Translations under genes and position numbers: made by a program
Part shown: positions 1 to 12,240 of the stretch, piece after piece
How positions within the stretch are numbered: the first letter of the stretch is position 1
Layout of the letters: each line of letters starts with the position of its first letter
The notes under the pieces: model-generated
What the model was told of the DNA's origin: nothing
Seen by the model: the letters and a program-made list of their open reading frames with translations, nothing else
Database searches by the model: none
Assembly (NCBI RefSeq): GCF_006345805.1
Contig: NC_043014.1
Coordinates: 15,748,001 to 15,812,000 of the forward strand
Origin: Octopus sinensis
Taxonomy: Eukaryota
Direction of reading: 5' to 3'
DNA: 64,000 nt

Positions 1-759
1 CTATTGGTCAAGGTGGATCACATGGTGTTGTTGAAAATTGTATTGATAAATCAGTGACATCAAATACATAAAAATAAAAATCCCAATTTGAATTTCTTGA
101 AGTGTGTGACTGGAAAAGAATTTGGTGGTGCCTTGTTGTCTGGATAGTATTTGGTGGAACTTAAGCAACATTGATCATTGATGACTGGCAAGGGTGTATA
201 TGTATGAGTGTGAATTTGTGGGTATGCATGTATAGCAAGATCCACTATTCCAAAAAGAAGAATTAAAATTAATTATGTATTTTATAATGATTGTAGGGTT
301 CATAAGATTTGCGCTTAAATTATGGAAACTGCCATACAGCAGAAAAATGTAAATTTTAAATATCATTGAGATCTTTTGCTTTCTTTTCTTTCAAATACAT
401 ACACACACACATTCATATATGTTTATTGAATATACTAGCAGAAACACCTTTCTCTTTCTTCAACAACATTCAACAAATATGAAAGGATTCTGGAATCAAC
501 ATAATTTAGCAGATACTAGATTAAACTTTTAATTTGGAAAAATTATTTTACTGATATGACTAGAAAGCAATGTCATGGAATGCAAGAGAGAGAGAGAAAG
601 AGAAGACAAATATGAATGCTATCTTATGGGGTTAAAAAATTCTATCCAGCAGAGAACTAAAGTAAGTTTACTGTTGCTGAACTCTTTGATAACAAAGTTT
701 CCTTAAAACCACATTTTGATAAAAAAAAATATATTAAAACTAGAATTTTAAAGAATTTT

Positions 760-1125
760 CTCGGGTTCAGTCCCACTGCGTGACACCTTGGGAAAGTGTC
801 TTCTACTATAGCCTTGGGCCAACCAAAGCCTTGTGAGTGGATTTGGTAGATAGAAACTGAAAGAAACCTGTCGGATATATGTATATGTATATATATATAT
901 GCGTGTATGTTTGTGTATCTGTGTTTGTCCCCCCAACATTGCTTGACAACTGATGCTGGTGTGTTTACATCTCCGTAACTTAGCAGTTCAACAAAAGAGA
1001 CCGAAAGAATAAGTACTAGGCTTACAAAGAATAAGTCCTGGGGTCAATGTGCTCAACTAAAGCCGGTGCTCAAGTATGGCCACAGTCAAATGACTGAAAC
1101 AAGTAAAAGAGCAAAAGAGAGTAGA
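760..1125 (+). mobile_element. tRNA-derived SINE, family A (5'-truncated)
   Basis: GGGTTCAGTCCCACTGCGTGACACCTTGGG...central (TA/TG)n...GACTGAAACAAGTAAAAGAG tail, shared with more than 20 copies in the window. Confidence 0.85.
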
Positions 1126-1681
1126 GCAATGTAGACTTTAATAATTGCTTTCTTTTAGCAAAACTTCCAAACCCCAAATGAATTAATAAGCAGCTTTATT
1201 ACAGCATAGAATGCTCGTGATTTCAGATACACATTTATTAAAAAAACACACTATCGCTAGGGCTGTGGTTAACTGATGCTATCCATCAGGCTTATTCAAT
1301 GTAAAAGATATTGCACCAACAAATCTTTATTTACATCTTTTAAGAAGATTTACTCTTCACAACTTCGGTAGCTGAAAAGTGTGGCCTTGATGAATCTTTA
1401 AAAGGTAAAACCTATTAGTTGATGCCTCAACTCTCGGCTATGAAGGATTTTGTGGCTTGTTGTATTTAGTCTTGCTGTGAGAATAAATTGTCATGTTTAT
1501 TAAACATATATAAGATTTCGTTTATGCATTTACTGAAGAAAACATTGCTGTGTTGGTTGCTTTTGTTAAATTAACTTATTGAGTGCTGTTATTACTATTT
1601 GTGAAACCACTTACATATAATATACTTACATAAACATATAAATGTGGACAATATATACATATACATACATATAAGTTTATT

Positions 1682-1717
<36 letters not shown>

Positions 1718-1724
1718 CGCGAGA

Positions 1725-1834
1725 AAGAAGCAACAAGAATGGATAGGTTTTTAGTACAATCGTTTCATACAAGGACAGGCTTTATTAAAAGTTGCAAAAA
1801 TTACAGCATATAAACGTGTCCCGTACTCATCAGC

Positions 1835-1874
<40 letters not shown>

Positions 1875-2300
1875 CTTTCTTTTCCTTCAGGGCTGTCATA
1901 AAGACTGCACAAACCTATCTGTCTCTCTCTCTCTCTTCTATCTTTTCTCTATTCAAAGACAATATTTCTCCAGCATTCACTATTTTACCTTCGTCTTGTC
2001 TAACAACCCTCCATGTTTGTTTTCGTTCGGTTTCTTTGTATGTCTCCACTGTCCTGTTTTTCTTACCAACTTTGACCCTCCATAAAATCCCAAATTTTAT
2101 TTTGGCTTCTGTGGGAGCAACTGCCTTTGAACACTCATATTGTCGTTCAATGCTCGAAATGAGGAGTAGATGGACAGCCGAGAACTGATGAAGGGTTGTT
2201 CTTTATGTTACTTGTCCTGTTTTCCATTTGTTTCACTCCTTGTTTGCATACTCAACTCATTTGTTTTCCTATTTCATGTTGTTTACAGTTTGTGATGATG
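1725..2300. mobile_element. Probable Penelope-type LTR-like non-autonomous relic
   Basis: Carries the HHR above plus a second CTGATGAAGG half-motif near 2185; pyrimidine-rich body; no ORF. Confidence 0.35.
1750..1838 (-). ncRNA. Type I hammerhead ribozyme motif with long stem II loop
   Basis: Minus strand: TTTAG CTGATGA GTACGGGACA [39 nt] TGTCCTTGTAT GAA ACGATTGT A CTAAA; core and three stems readable. Confidence 0.65.
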
Positions 2301-2550
2301 TCCTGTACCCATATATGCATATATATGTTTATGTGCATATACATACATACATATATATATATATATAGTTAAAGGGCAGTGTGAGCTGAAAAGAGCCCAG
2401 TAAAGGAGGTCAAAAAGCAACACGCATGTACACAACTTACATGACAAAAATGTACATGACAAAAAATATACATACATACATGTATATATTATATGCAGAT
2501 TATATACATATATTACATTGGAAAACAGATGTTAAATGATGATGATGATG

Positions 2551-2609
<59 letters not shown>

Positions 2610-2699
2610 CACACACACACACACGTGTGTGTATGTGTGTTATATACATACATGTATATTATAAATATATTTTGTGTGTGTGTGTAGCATATATTATTT

Positions 2700-2896
2700 T
2701 ATTCTTTTACTTGTTTCAGTTATTTGACTGCAGCCATGCTGGAGCACTGCCTTTAGTCGAACAAATCAACCCCAGGATTTATTCTTTGTAAGCCTAGTAC
2801 TTATTCTATTGGTCTCTTTTGCCGAACCACTAAGTTATGGGGACGTAAACACACCAGAATCGGTTGTCAAGTGATGGTGGAGGGACAAGCACAGAA

Positions 2897-2966
<70 letters not shown>

Positions 2967-3113
2967 GATGGATTTCTTTCAGTTTCCATCTACCAAATCC
3001 ACTCACAAGGCTTTGGTCAGCCTGAGGCTATAGTAGAAAATATTCGCTGTGGAACTGAACCCGGAACCATGTGGTTGGTAAACAAGCTACATACCACACA
3101 GCCATTCCTACAC
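2700..3113 (-). mobile_element. SINE family A, near full length
   Basis: Reverse complement of family A head and tail with central (CA)n(TA)n. Confidence 0.85.
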
Positions 3114-3644
3114 CTGGATATATAATATAAATACACACATCCAAACAATCAGATCTATAAATTTTGCATATAATTATGAATAGGTCGACATAAATATATC
3201 TCAGACACACACATACACACACTTCTTATATGTATATACAGTGATAAAATTTGACGTAAAGGTTTTTTTTTCCTTCTATTTAAGTGTCATTTGACACTTT
3301 AGCTCAACATAGCCATTATCAACACGTAATCGAGAGATCTGGAAAAAGTTAGAAAACAACAACAACAACAATTCTACTACTACTATTAATAATAATAATA
3401 ATAATTTCTCAAAGCTTCACACACTGACAGGTTGCTTGATTACATAAATTTGCATGGCTTCCTCTTAAACAAAATTCTAAGGAGAAACTTTTAAAAACAG
3501 CTAAGGTTGAAGACAGTGTGGCACACGCAAGCGTGCCAGCTTGCTGTCGCTGGTGAAGTATTTTATAATGAAATTAAAAGTGTTCACGCATTCCTACACC
3601 TGAAATTTCATCAGTTGTCATTTTTCGTCAAATTTCTTTCGATG

Positions 3645-3965
3645 GCGGTGGCAGTGGTGGTGGTGGTGGTGGTGGTGGTGGTGGTGGTGGTAGTGGTGGT
3701 GGGGCAATGGGGAGGGCCTGGAGGTGGGGGTGAAGCTTGTTGTTATCATGCTTCATTGTGACTCGAGTGATAGTCATATATATGTAACACACACACTAAC
3801 GCACACACACATACACGTATGCGCATAAACATGCAGATACATTTGTACATGTTAATACATACAGTAGTATATGTATGATCATACACATACACATTTATAT
3901 ACACAGTTACACATTAAAATAGTTACACAATTTGATAGATACACACAAATACATACATACAGATT

Positions 3966-3997
<32 letters not shown>

Positions 3998-4139
3998 TCC
4001 CTACATATACCAATAGAAACATGAATACGTACATATACACACTCGCATACATAACTACATTCACATACATTCATATACATAACAATATATATATACCCAC
4101 AAATACATACATATCCACACTCAAATTTTTATATATATT

Positions 4140-4185
<46 letters not shown>

Positions 4186-4255
4186 TGAATGTGTGTGTGT
4201 GTATGCGCACGCGTACATGCATGTATGTATGTATGTATGTATGTATGTAAGTATG
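3645..4255. repeat. (GGT)n followed by degenerate CA/TA/TATG microsatellites
   Basis: Simple repeats read directly. Confidence 0.9.
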
Positions 4256-4432
4256 TTGCAGGTTATAGCTTTGCATCTGGTGGTTTTGAATAGGTGCATA
4301 TCTTTCCAAGAAGAAAGTTAAAGGTCATGTGACTTTTTCTGATACTTTCTGTTAAAAGATAGGCTTGGCTTGCAACAATTAAGTGTGAATCTACATTCTC
4401 AGATCAAATGGAGATTGTCAACGTGTTTTTAA

Positions 4433-4658
4433 CCTTTTAGCATACAGATTACTCTGTCAAATGTAAAACTTATTTATTCACATTATTTTTAATTAATCTT
4501 GTATTATCTTGTAGCTTCAAGATTTCAATGATGCAATTGTTGATTGTTTTTTTAAGAATGACATTGTAAGATAGGTGTGAGAAGCCAGATCTGGTCAGTT
4601 TAAACATAAAACAAGTAAAATATATGGGCCAGACATGGCCGGTTTAAATGCTAAAGGG
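4433..4658. mobile_element. piggyBac-type MITE
   Basis: TTAA on both sides (4429-4432, 4659-4662); termini CCTTTTAGCAT and ATGCTAAAGGG are inverted. Confidence 0.7.
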
Positions 4659-4789
4659 TTAAAGTGTAATTTTATTAAATATAGGTCTTAAACTATGACA
4701 GGTGTATCAATCTCTCTAACCTTCACACCTGTGAGCTCTATGCATCTCTTATCTCTTGTATTGGTAGACTCCTATCAAATCATGCTACT

Positions 4790-4985
4790 ATGGTATGATT
4801 TGTGCCATGATAGTGCTCTTTCTACCCCATTCTCAATCAACTTTGGTGTTCGCCAGAGTTCTGTTCTATCCCCTACTCTCTTCTGCTTATACATCAGTGA
4901 CCTACTTGTCACCATATCATACAATACCCAATGGTCACACATATGCAGATGACATGACACTTCATTCCTCCCTAACATGTTACAT
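4790..4985 (+). pseudogene. Reverse transcriptase fragment of a CR1/L2/Jockey-group LINE
   Basis: FGVRQSSVLSPTLFCLYISDL then, after a frameshift, TYADDMTL (GVPQGSVLSP and YADD motifs). Confidence 0.75.
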
Positions 4986-5574
4986 ATATATAATGATATT
5001 ACAATAATGTTCTTATGCATTCTACTGGTTGACTATCCGTGACTTTTTGCACAATTATCTGCTAGTTATGAACATCACAACTATTACATAATTCTGAGCT
5101 CCCAGAAACAGCTGTTGAGTTTTAAAAAAACTATGCATTCTCCCCTTAGTTTCCTGTACATTTTACACGCCACATAAATTTATTTGCCAATATATTTAAA
5201 TATGCTTCTACATACGTGTTTATCTTCTGAATATTTTCTGCTTTTGTTTCTCTCTCTATATAAATCATATGATACATGTATATCTAAAGCCTTAGTCTGT
5301 GACTATCAGCCAAAATGGTAAGTTAATTTCCTTGCTCATTGCATGCTTTCTGCTGGTCTGTTATAATTTCAGTGAAACTATTGCTTATTAGAGTATTTTT
5401 GACTCTGATATTTAGCAAGCTGGTGCTTGATGTACCCTTAACTATAAATATAAATTAATTATAAAATTTATATGTGTGTGTGTGTGTGTTTATGTATTTA
5501 TATATTTCAAGCCTAATGCTGTTTATCTCTATTACTATATCTCTCTCTCTATACACACACACACATATATATGA

Positions 5575-5730
5575 TGGGCTTCTTTTAATTTCTGTTTACC
5601 AAATTTGCTCACAAGGTTTTGGTCAGCCCAGGGCTAAAGTAGAAGACACTTGCCCAAGGTGCCATGCAGTGGGACTGAACCTAGAACCATGTGGTTTGGG
5701 AAGCAAACATCTTAACACACAGCCATAGCC
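5575..5730 (-). mobile_element. SINE family A, 5' half
   Basis: Family A head on the minus strand. Confidence 0.75.
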
Positions 5731-5874
5731 AAGCCTTCAAAATCTATATCCTCCAAAAATTCTATGCTTTCTTAAATTTGCTAACACCATTCCTGATGTG
5801 CCAATGCAACCCTTCTACTTTACGACCCTTTTATTGCTCCCTTTCATTCTTGTATTTTATCCCATTTATTATCC

Positions 5875-6005
5875 CTGTACTCTCAGTTATCATTAATGTC
5901 TTTCTTTACTTGAGTTACTGCTGCTTCCTGTCCCTTCTTTTATCTTTTACCAATGAGTAGTAGTGCACCTAAGCACTGTATATAAGAAGGTCATCATTAT
6001 TAGAA
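5875..6005 (+). mobile_element. CR1-like LINE 3' end relic
   Basis: Ends GTGCACCTAAGCACTGTATA, matching the 3' end of the CR1-like fragment near 29860. Confidence 0.4.
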
Positions 6006-6049
6006 TTATTAGAATTGTTAGTGTGGTGAACAAAATGCTTTGGTTGGAA

Positions 6050-6358
6050 TAGTTTTATAGTAGAAGACACTTGCCCAAGATGTCATGCAGTAAGACTGAA
6101 CCTGGAATCATGTGATTGGGAAGCGGGCTCCTTACCACACAGCCACACCTAATATTTCACATCAACTCAGGCAAAAAACTGACAAAATCAATAACACCTT
6201 GGACAAAACGCTTAGCAGCATCTCTTCCAGCTCTTTACACTCTGAGTTCAAATCCTGCCAAGGTCAACTTTGCCTTTCATCCTTCAGAGTCAAATATTCA
6301 GGTCAATATAATCGACTTGTCATGCAAAATGACTGGCCTTGTGCCAAAATCAGAAAGA

Positions 6359-6390
<32 letters not shown>

Positions 6391-6610
6391 CATTAAGGTG
6401 GTAAGCTGGCAGGATTGTTAGTGCAATGGACAAAATGCTGAGTGGTATTTCGCCTATCTCTGTGTTCTGAATTCAAATACTAGCAAGGTCAACTTTACCT
6501 TTCATCCTTTAGGGGGTCAATAAAATAAGTACCAGTTGAACACTGTACTTTGATGCAATCGACTCATCCCCTCCCCCAAAACTGCTGCCCTTGTGGCAAA
6601 ATTTGAAACC

Positions 6611-6641
<31 letters not shown>

Positions 6642-7060
6642 GAAAGGCGGTGAGCTGGCAAAATTATTGGCATGCTGGGCAAAATGCTTAGCGATATTTC
6701 ATCCACCCTTATATTCTGAGTTCAAATTCCGCTCAAGTCAACTTTGCCTTTTATCTTTCCAGGGATGATAAATTAAATACCATTGAAACACTGGTGTCGG
6801 GGTAATTGACTAGACCCTTCCCCAAAAATTTCAGGCCATGTGCTTATGTTAAAAAGGATTATTATTATTATTATTAGAATCATTAATATGTTGGACAAAA
6901 TTCTTTCAAGCGTTTCTTCTAGCTCTTTGCATGCCGAGTTCAAATTCTATCAAGGTCAGCTTCACTATTCATCTGTTCAGGGTCAGTAAAGTAAGTAGCA
7001 GTTGAGCATTGGGGGTCAATGTAATTGACTAACCCCACAACCAATAATTTGAAACAATCA
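6050..7060 (+). mobile_element. Cluster of one family A head (-) and about four family B SINE copies (+) separated by (ATT)n
   Basis: Repeated AGGCGGTGAGCTGGCA...GAGTTCAAATTC...CAACTTTGCCTTTCATCC units. Confidence 0.8.
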
Positions 7061-7189
7061 TTATCATAGTCTTTTATACATTATTATATTTTGATTCAGT
7101 TTACCTAACTAGAGAAAATAGGTAGCAGCTTTCCTGATGAAAGTTCAAGAGGGCTGGTGAATGTCTTTGATCAGAAAAGGTCAAGTAAC

Positions 7190-7390
7190 AAGCCAATAGA
7201 TAAGCCTATATGTGGTTGTTCAACCTGCTAGAAATAGCAGCCAAATTTTTCTTGAAACATTTTAAGACATTAATAAAAGACATTGAATAATGTGACCTTG
7301 GATAAGATAATCAGAAATATGGCCATGATTGAAAGGCTTTTGATCACAGGTTTACTCAACTAGAGTTGATGTGAGGTTAAAGAACACAAC
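7190..7390 (+). mobile_element. Dispersed repeat, family C
   Basis: Core CCTGCTAGAAATAGCAGCCAAAT recurring at about 27.3, 27.8, 44.0, 55.6 and 58.2-58.8 kb. Confidence 0.65.
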
Positions 7391-7789
7391 AGTGATGATG
7401 ATGATGATGGATGATGATGATGATGATGATGATAGTGGCAGTAGCAGCCAGTGTTTAGGATGGTGCTAATATAAGGATTTTAAAAGATTTGATAGGAGAT
7501 ATTATAAATAGTGATTTCAGAAGAAAAGCAATGACAGACTCACTGACAGAACATGAACTCTGTCCTTTGTATCTGTATGCTAGTTGCTTTGTTTGCCTTT
7601 TCTCTCTTAGAAAGAACTTATATTATCTCATATTATTTATAATATCATTCTGGTTGTCACAATATATGTTCAAATGTTACACTTAAAACAATCCTAAAAA
7701 TAAAACAAAATTGAAGACATACTTAAAGTTTTTAACATAAAGCAACAAACTGCAAGCCTTGCCTTTCCATATTCCAAGCCATTACTTGA

Positions 7790-8370
7790 TCATTCCCAGT
7801 TAGTGACACATTAGTGATATCCATTACACTCTTACCACTAATGTTTATTCACTAATTTTCTTTTACCAGCAAACATGTAGCTACAATTAGTGTTTCTCTC
7901 CCTTTACCGTCTTCTCTCCCATTATTCTTTCCAGCATCATCCCTGCCATTTCTCTCTTTCACATTATCACTCCAGTCAGTCCCCCCCCCCACTCATACTC
8001 TCACTTCACTCTCCTTCTCACTTTTGTTCATCTTCTACAATCACCTTCTCCTCCATCTATTCCTCTGTTGGTCTTGATGCCCTAAAAGAATGGAGTCAAT
8101 GTTTTATAACAATGTATCTGCTATTTTGCAGAGTGCTAGGCAACCTCACTAATGCTGGTGCCACAAGAAAATGCACCAGTACAATTTGTACAAAGGTTCA
8201 TATTAGGAAGGACATCCAGCTATAGAAATCATATCAAAACAAAACATATGGACAAAATGTTGTCCCCAGATCCATCTAAGAGGACTGTAACTTCAAATAG
8301 GAGCCGGCTTGAACCATGATGACCCATTCAAGCCAAGCCAGCATAGAAATTGGATATAAGATGATGAAAA
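7790..8370 (+). mobile_element. Long non-autonomous element with RTE-type 3' tail
   Basis: AGGAAGGACATCCAGCTATAGAAA...CCAGCATAGAAATTGGA...(GAT)n tail; body resembles 46085-46900 reversed. Confidence 0.5.
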
Positions 8371-8848
8371 TATTGATAATCTATGAGTGTAGTCTGAAAC
8401 GCAATATGTGTGTGTGTGTGTGTGTGTATCAAGGACTACATGTATGCACATGTTCATATTTATAAATGCATATATAAGTGCACACAAACACACACACACA
8501 TACAGAGATATATGCAACCAAACAAATATACATATAGCATACACACACATAAGATATAGACATTACCATATTCATATTCTCATTAATAGCTTGGAAACCA
8601 TGATTTTAATTGCAAGGAGAACGAACAAGTCAACAGTAAAAATAAAAGTGGTGAGACAAATAAAATAAAATGAATATTGTTTGATTTAGTTGAGAGCGTT
8701 GACCTTTGTAGAACGGCGCTGTAGGTTTGGTTTTCTGTGATAGAAGAAGAATTATAACAGAACTTTAGATGAATGATAAACAAAATAGACTAATGAATGG
8801 ATAGAAGGAAGAGAAGAAAAGAAAATATATAGAGATAGAGAGAGAGAG

Positions 8849-8887
<39 letters not shown>

Positions 8888-8987
8888 TCATGTGTCCGAG
8901 CAAGGAAAAAAAAAGAGAATGGGGTAATCCATTCTACGAAGCCGATGGCTAACAGTGCATCAGTGTTTGTTATTAAACTAGGAATCT

Positions 8988-9001
8988 GTTACCATGGTAA
9001 C
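8988..9001. promoter_or_regulatory. Perfect palindromic RFX X-box
   Basis: GTTACCATGGTAAC matches the GTTNCCATGGNAAC consensus, in non-repetitive CpG-retaining sequence. Confidence 0.55.
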
Positions 9002-10102
9002 GCTTTGTGAACTAACTGCTGTTTTTAATACATATCTAATTGATAAGGAAGAGAGAGAGAGAAATATGGTCGGTGATGCTCTGCTATTGCCATTAAGGAA
9101 CTGCTGCTTCCAGTTCCAGCTGGCTTCGACTGGATTGGAAAATGTTTTCGCTTCTTTAGCAAGTTAAACTGTTTAAACTGTGTCTCCTACCAGCTCTGTG
9201 ATTTCATATTTTCACACATTCAGGGTGAGGACAAAGGTGGGTTAGCTGGAGCAGCAGAGGGTTGGACTAAATGCTCCAACATAATGAGTAAAAACTTACA
9301 ACTCCATAGATTTCAGGTTCAAATCTCACCAAACCCTACTATGTCAATTGTCTTAATGAAATCAATTAAAACAGGTACCAGTAATATGCTGAAAATCAAT
9401 TCAGTCAACTACATTATGCCACAATGTAAATATTTTTTTTGTCTCTTTCTTTCATTATTATTTCAACTTTGCAGAAACATCAGTGGCTTAATGAATAAAG
9501 CATCATCATCATCATCGTTTTAAATTTGTTTTCCATGCAAGCATGAGTTGGTTATGTCTTTTCTGGTACAGAATCTCACTACTTCTAGCAATCCTTCATC
9601 ATATGATACACAAAACAACAGAGGAAATGTATCTTGGGTGGGTCATTATGTCAAAATCAAACACATGCACTGGTTTTATTTCACCTTATCTTCTGTCTTT
9701 TATTTGTTTCATTCATAAGATTGTGGTCATATTGTGACACTGCCTTGAAGAGCTTTTAGTCAAATGAATCAACCCCAATACTTCTTTAAGCCTGGCACTT
9801 ATTCTATTGGCCCCTTTTGCCAAACAGCTTGGTTACTTCTTTATTATTTGTCAATTTGGGAGCTATTTCACAAATTAACTAATCAATTGCATGAATATTT
9901 GTTTAGGTAATCAATCAGTTATGTTTGTCAAAGTCCTTTCTTTGCCATCCGCAACTCCATCAATAACATACCCTCTCCACGACTTCAGATCAGCTACAAT
10001 GACCCTCCCAAGATACAACAAATTCTGTTTCAATTCACAACTTCACATCAAGAATCTTGCAAAAAATGTGTTGAGTGTCAAGTGCTGAAGGTTTAATAGT
10101 GG

Positions 10103-10361
10103 GTACATTATTTACATTCAACGGATATTTGTCCTCGTCTTGTTTGTTGTTAACACAACGTTTCGGCTGACATACCCTCCAGCCTTCTTCAGGTGTCTTG
10201 TGGAAATTTCAAACCTGGGTTCTCATTCCTAAAGTATTTTTCGATGCTATTATTATTATTATTATTATTGTTAGTGTTCAGGCCACTGCTTGGAATTGAA
10301 CTCGGAATCTTGGGGTTAGTAGCCCGCGCTCTTAAGCACTATGCCATATGCCCATGGGCAT
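10103..10361 (-). mobile_element. tRNA-headed, hammerhead-bearing short element
   Basis: Head GGGCATATGGCATAGTGCTTAAGAGC...GAGTTCAATTCC (A/B boxes), (AAT)n spacer, HHR, TAAATAATGT tail; palindrome ATGCCCATGGGCAT at the head. Confidence 0.75.
10152..10197 (-). ncRNA. Minimal type I hammerhead ribozyme motif
   Basis: GACAC CTGAAGA A GGCTG [10 nt] CAGCC GAA ACGT T GTGTT; stem III is the ACGT palindrome. Confidence 0.7.
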
Positions 10362-10970
10362 TAGACTTCAATGGAGACATAGAGAAACTCCATCAAAAAC
10401 TAGCTCTTTTTAATAGTGGGTGTTTGGCATGTAATGTTGAGTGTATAGTATTGGGTTTATAATGTATGGAGCTGGACGTATAAAAATGAATGTTGGATGT
10501 ATAGTGTAGAGAGCAAAGCAGAGAAAGTATAGACCACAGGGTTGAAGGTGTAGTGATAATTCAAAACCAAATCCCTGGATACAGTCAGACATCACAAGCA
10601 AACCACCATAGTTTCATGTACCAGTCTAATAACTGACCATTCAGCCTGAAGCAATGGCATAGGCATTCTAGAATTTTACTGCCGGTCCCCTATAAAAACA
10701 ATTTGGCATGCACTTTTACCAGCCAGATGACCGAGGAAGGTGGCTAAGACAGATGGCACAGATAGATGACAGGAACCCTTATCACCACAAACATAGCACA
10801 ACTGTTTCCAGTTATACTGGACAAGCCACATGTTGCCGTGTCTGTAGCCTGCCATAAACTCCAAGCATTATCTCTCTCCCAGTATGTAATTTTTGCTGTT
10901 GTTATCAGTAAAAGGCCAACACAGTTTGTCTTTATGTGTGACAATAAAATCTTCTGTTAAATATTCACAG

Positions 10971-11026
10971 GTGTTGTTCAGTTACTTCTATACACAGCCC
11001 TGACGTATGGAGTTGCATCTATCATG
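10971..11026 (+). CDS. Candidate internal exon encoding a hydrophobic helix (VVQLLLYTALTYGVASIM)
   Basis: Acceptor TATTCACAG, donor ATG|GTAAGT; open in phase 1-0; no family recognised. Confidence 0.4.
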
Positions 11027-11078
11027 GTAAGTGCATAATAATGAGTGTGGAATATATAGTGTATAGTGTTGAGTATAT

Positions 11079-11330
11079 GTGGAGGCATGTGGCTTAATGG
11101 TTAGAGCATTGCACTCATGATTATAAGATTGTGGTTTCGATTCCAGGACCAGGCAATACATTGTGTTCTTGAGCAAAACACTTTTTTTTCATATTGCTCC
11201 AGTTCACTCAACTGGTGAAAGTGAGTAATCCTGCAATGGAATGGCATCCTATCCAGATGGGAAATATATATATATGCCACAGAATTGGGGAAACTGGCCT
11301 TATGAGCTTATGGCTCAGGATGGACCTTGA
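11079..11330 (+). mobile_element. tRNA-derived SINE, family D
   Basis: GGAGGCATGTGGCTTAATGGTTAG...GGTTTCGATTCC...GTTCTTGAGCAAAACACTT; copies at 27983 and 38105. Confidence 0.8.
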
Positions 11331-11532
11331 AGCTTTGAGTTGAGTATATAATGATGGATGTATTAAACTGAGTGTGTAATATGGAATGTATGACGTTGAG
11401 TACATAGAATTGAATATATATTAATGAGTATATACTGTTGAGCAATAATAATCAAAATTCAATTGTAGAATCGTATTTTTATCTTTTTCACACATATTTC
11501 ATTGTCAGTGATAATTATAAAATGTTACTCAC

Positions 11533-11586
11533 ATGTACATATTTGGGTCTAAAGTGAACCTCTTCAGTTTAATCTCAAAACTAAGA
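11533..11586 (-). CDS. Candidate 54-nt symmetric exon (LSFEIKLKRFTLDPNMY)
   Basis: Minus-strand pyrimidine tract ending CATAG, donor GTGAGT, open in phase 2-2; could be chance. Confidence 0.2.
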
Positions 11587-11659
11587 CTATGAACATCAAG
11601 ATAAAGATAAAAGGGAATGCTTGTATTCACAGAATCTTCCTGCTCTATTTTTTCTATTT

Positions 11660-11697
<38 letters not shown>

Positions 11698-12049
11698 CAC
11701 ATGTGTGTGCATTAATGTGTGGCTGTATGTGTGTGTATTAATGATAGACTAGTTATGCTTCCATTGCTGCACAGTTTCACCAGTGTAAATTATTGAAAAG
11801 GTATGCATTGTACTATCTATGCATCATAAACTTAATATTGGCAATTTACACTTAAATAGTCCAATGCATACCATTTGAATAATCCACAATGGTTAAACTG
11901 TGTGGTAATGAAGGTAACTAACCTATTATAATATTTAATTTACACATATCCACTCAACAATAGTATTTAGCTCTGTTATTTTCTGTTATCTCATGATCAT
12001 TACAGTACATATTCATTAATATATGTGCATCTATTATTTTCTTCTCTTT

Positions 12050-12240
12050 TTTTTTACTTGTTTCAGAAACTGGACCTCAGCCATGCTGGGGCAATACCTT
12101 GAAGAGTTTAGTTGAATAAATCAATCTTGATACTTATTTTAAGCCTGGTGCTTATTCTGTTGATCTATTTTTGCTGGACCTTTAAGTTATAAGGATGTAA
12201 ACAAACCAACACTAGTCATCAAGTGAAGAGGCACAAACAC
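12050..12240 (-). mobile_element. SINE family A, 3' part
   Basis: Family A tail reversed. Confidence 0.7.

Noticed and set aside
60-366. Two short minus-strand ORFs with faint RT-like words (FDVTDL)
   Set aside because: Too degenerate to assign.
9300-9388. Minus-strand segment with good splice sites
   Set aside because: Stops in all three frames, and it is a decayed SINE B fragment.
10280-10353. tRNA-like sequences here and at the heads of SINE families A, B, D and 58060-58130
   Set aside because: They lack a full cloverleaf and continue into SINE bodies; not tRNA genes.
10676-10864. LCYVCGDKG resembling a nuclear-receptor zinc finger or zinc knuckle
   Set aside because: The following residues lack the second Cys pair or correct His/Cys spacing, and there are no matching splice sites.
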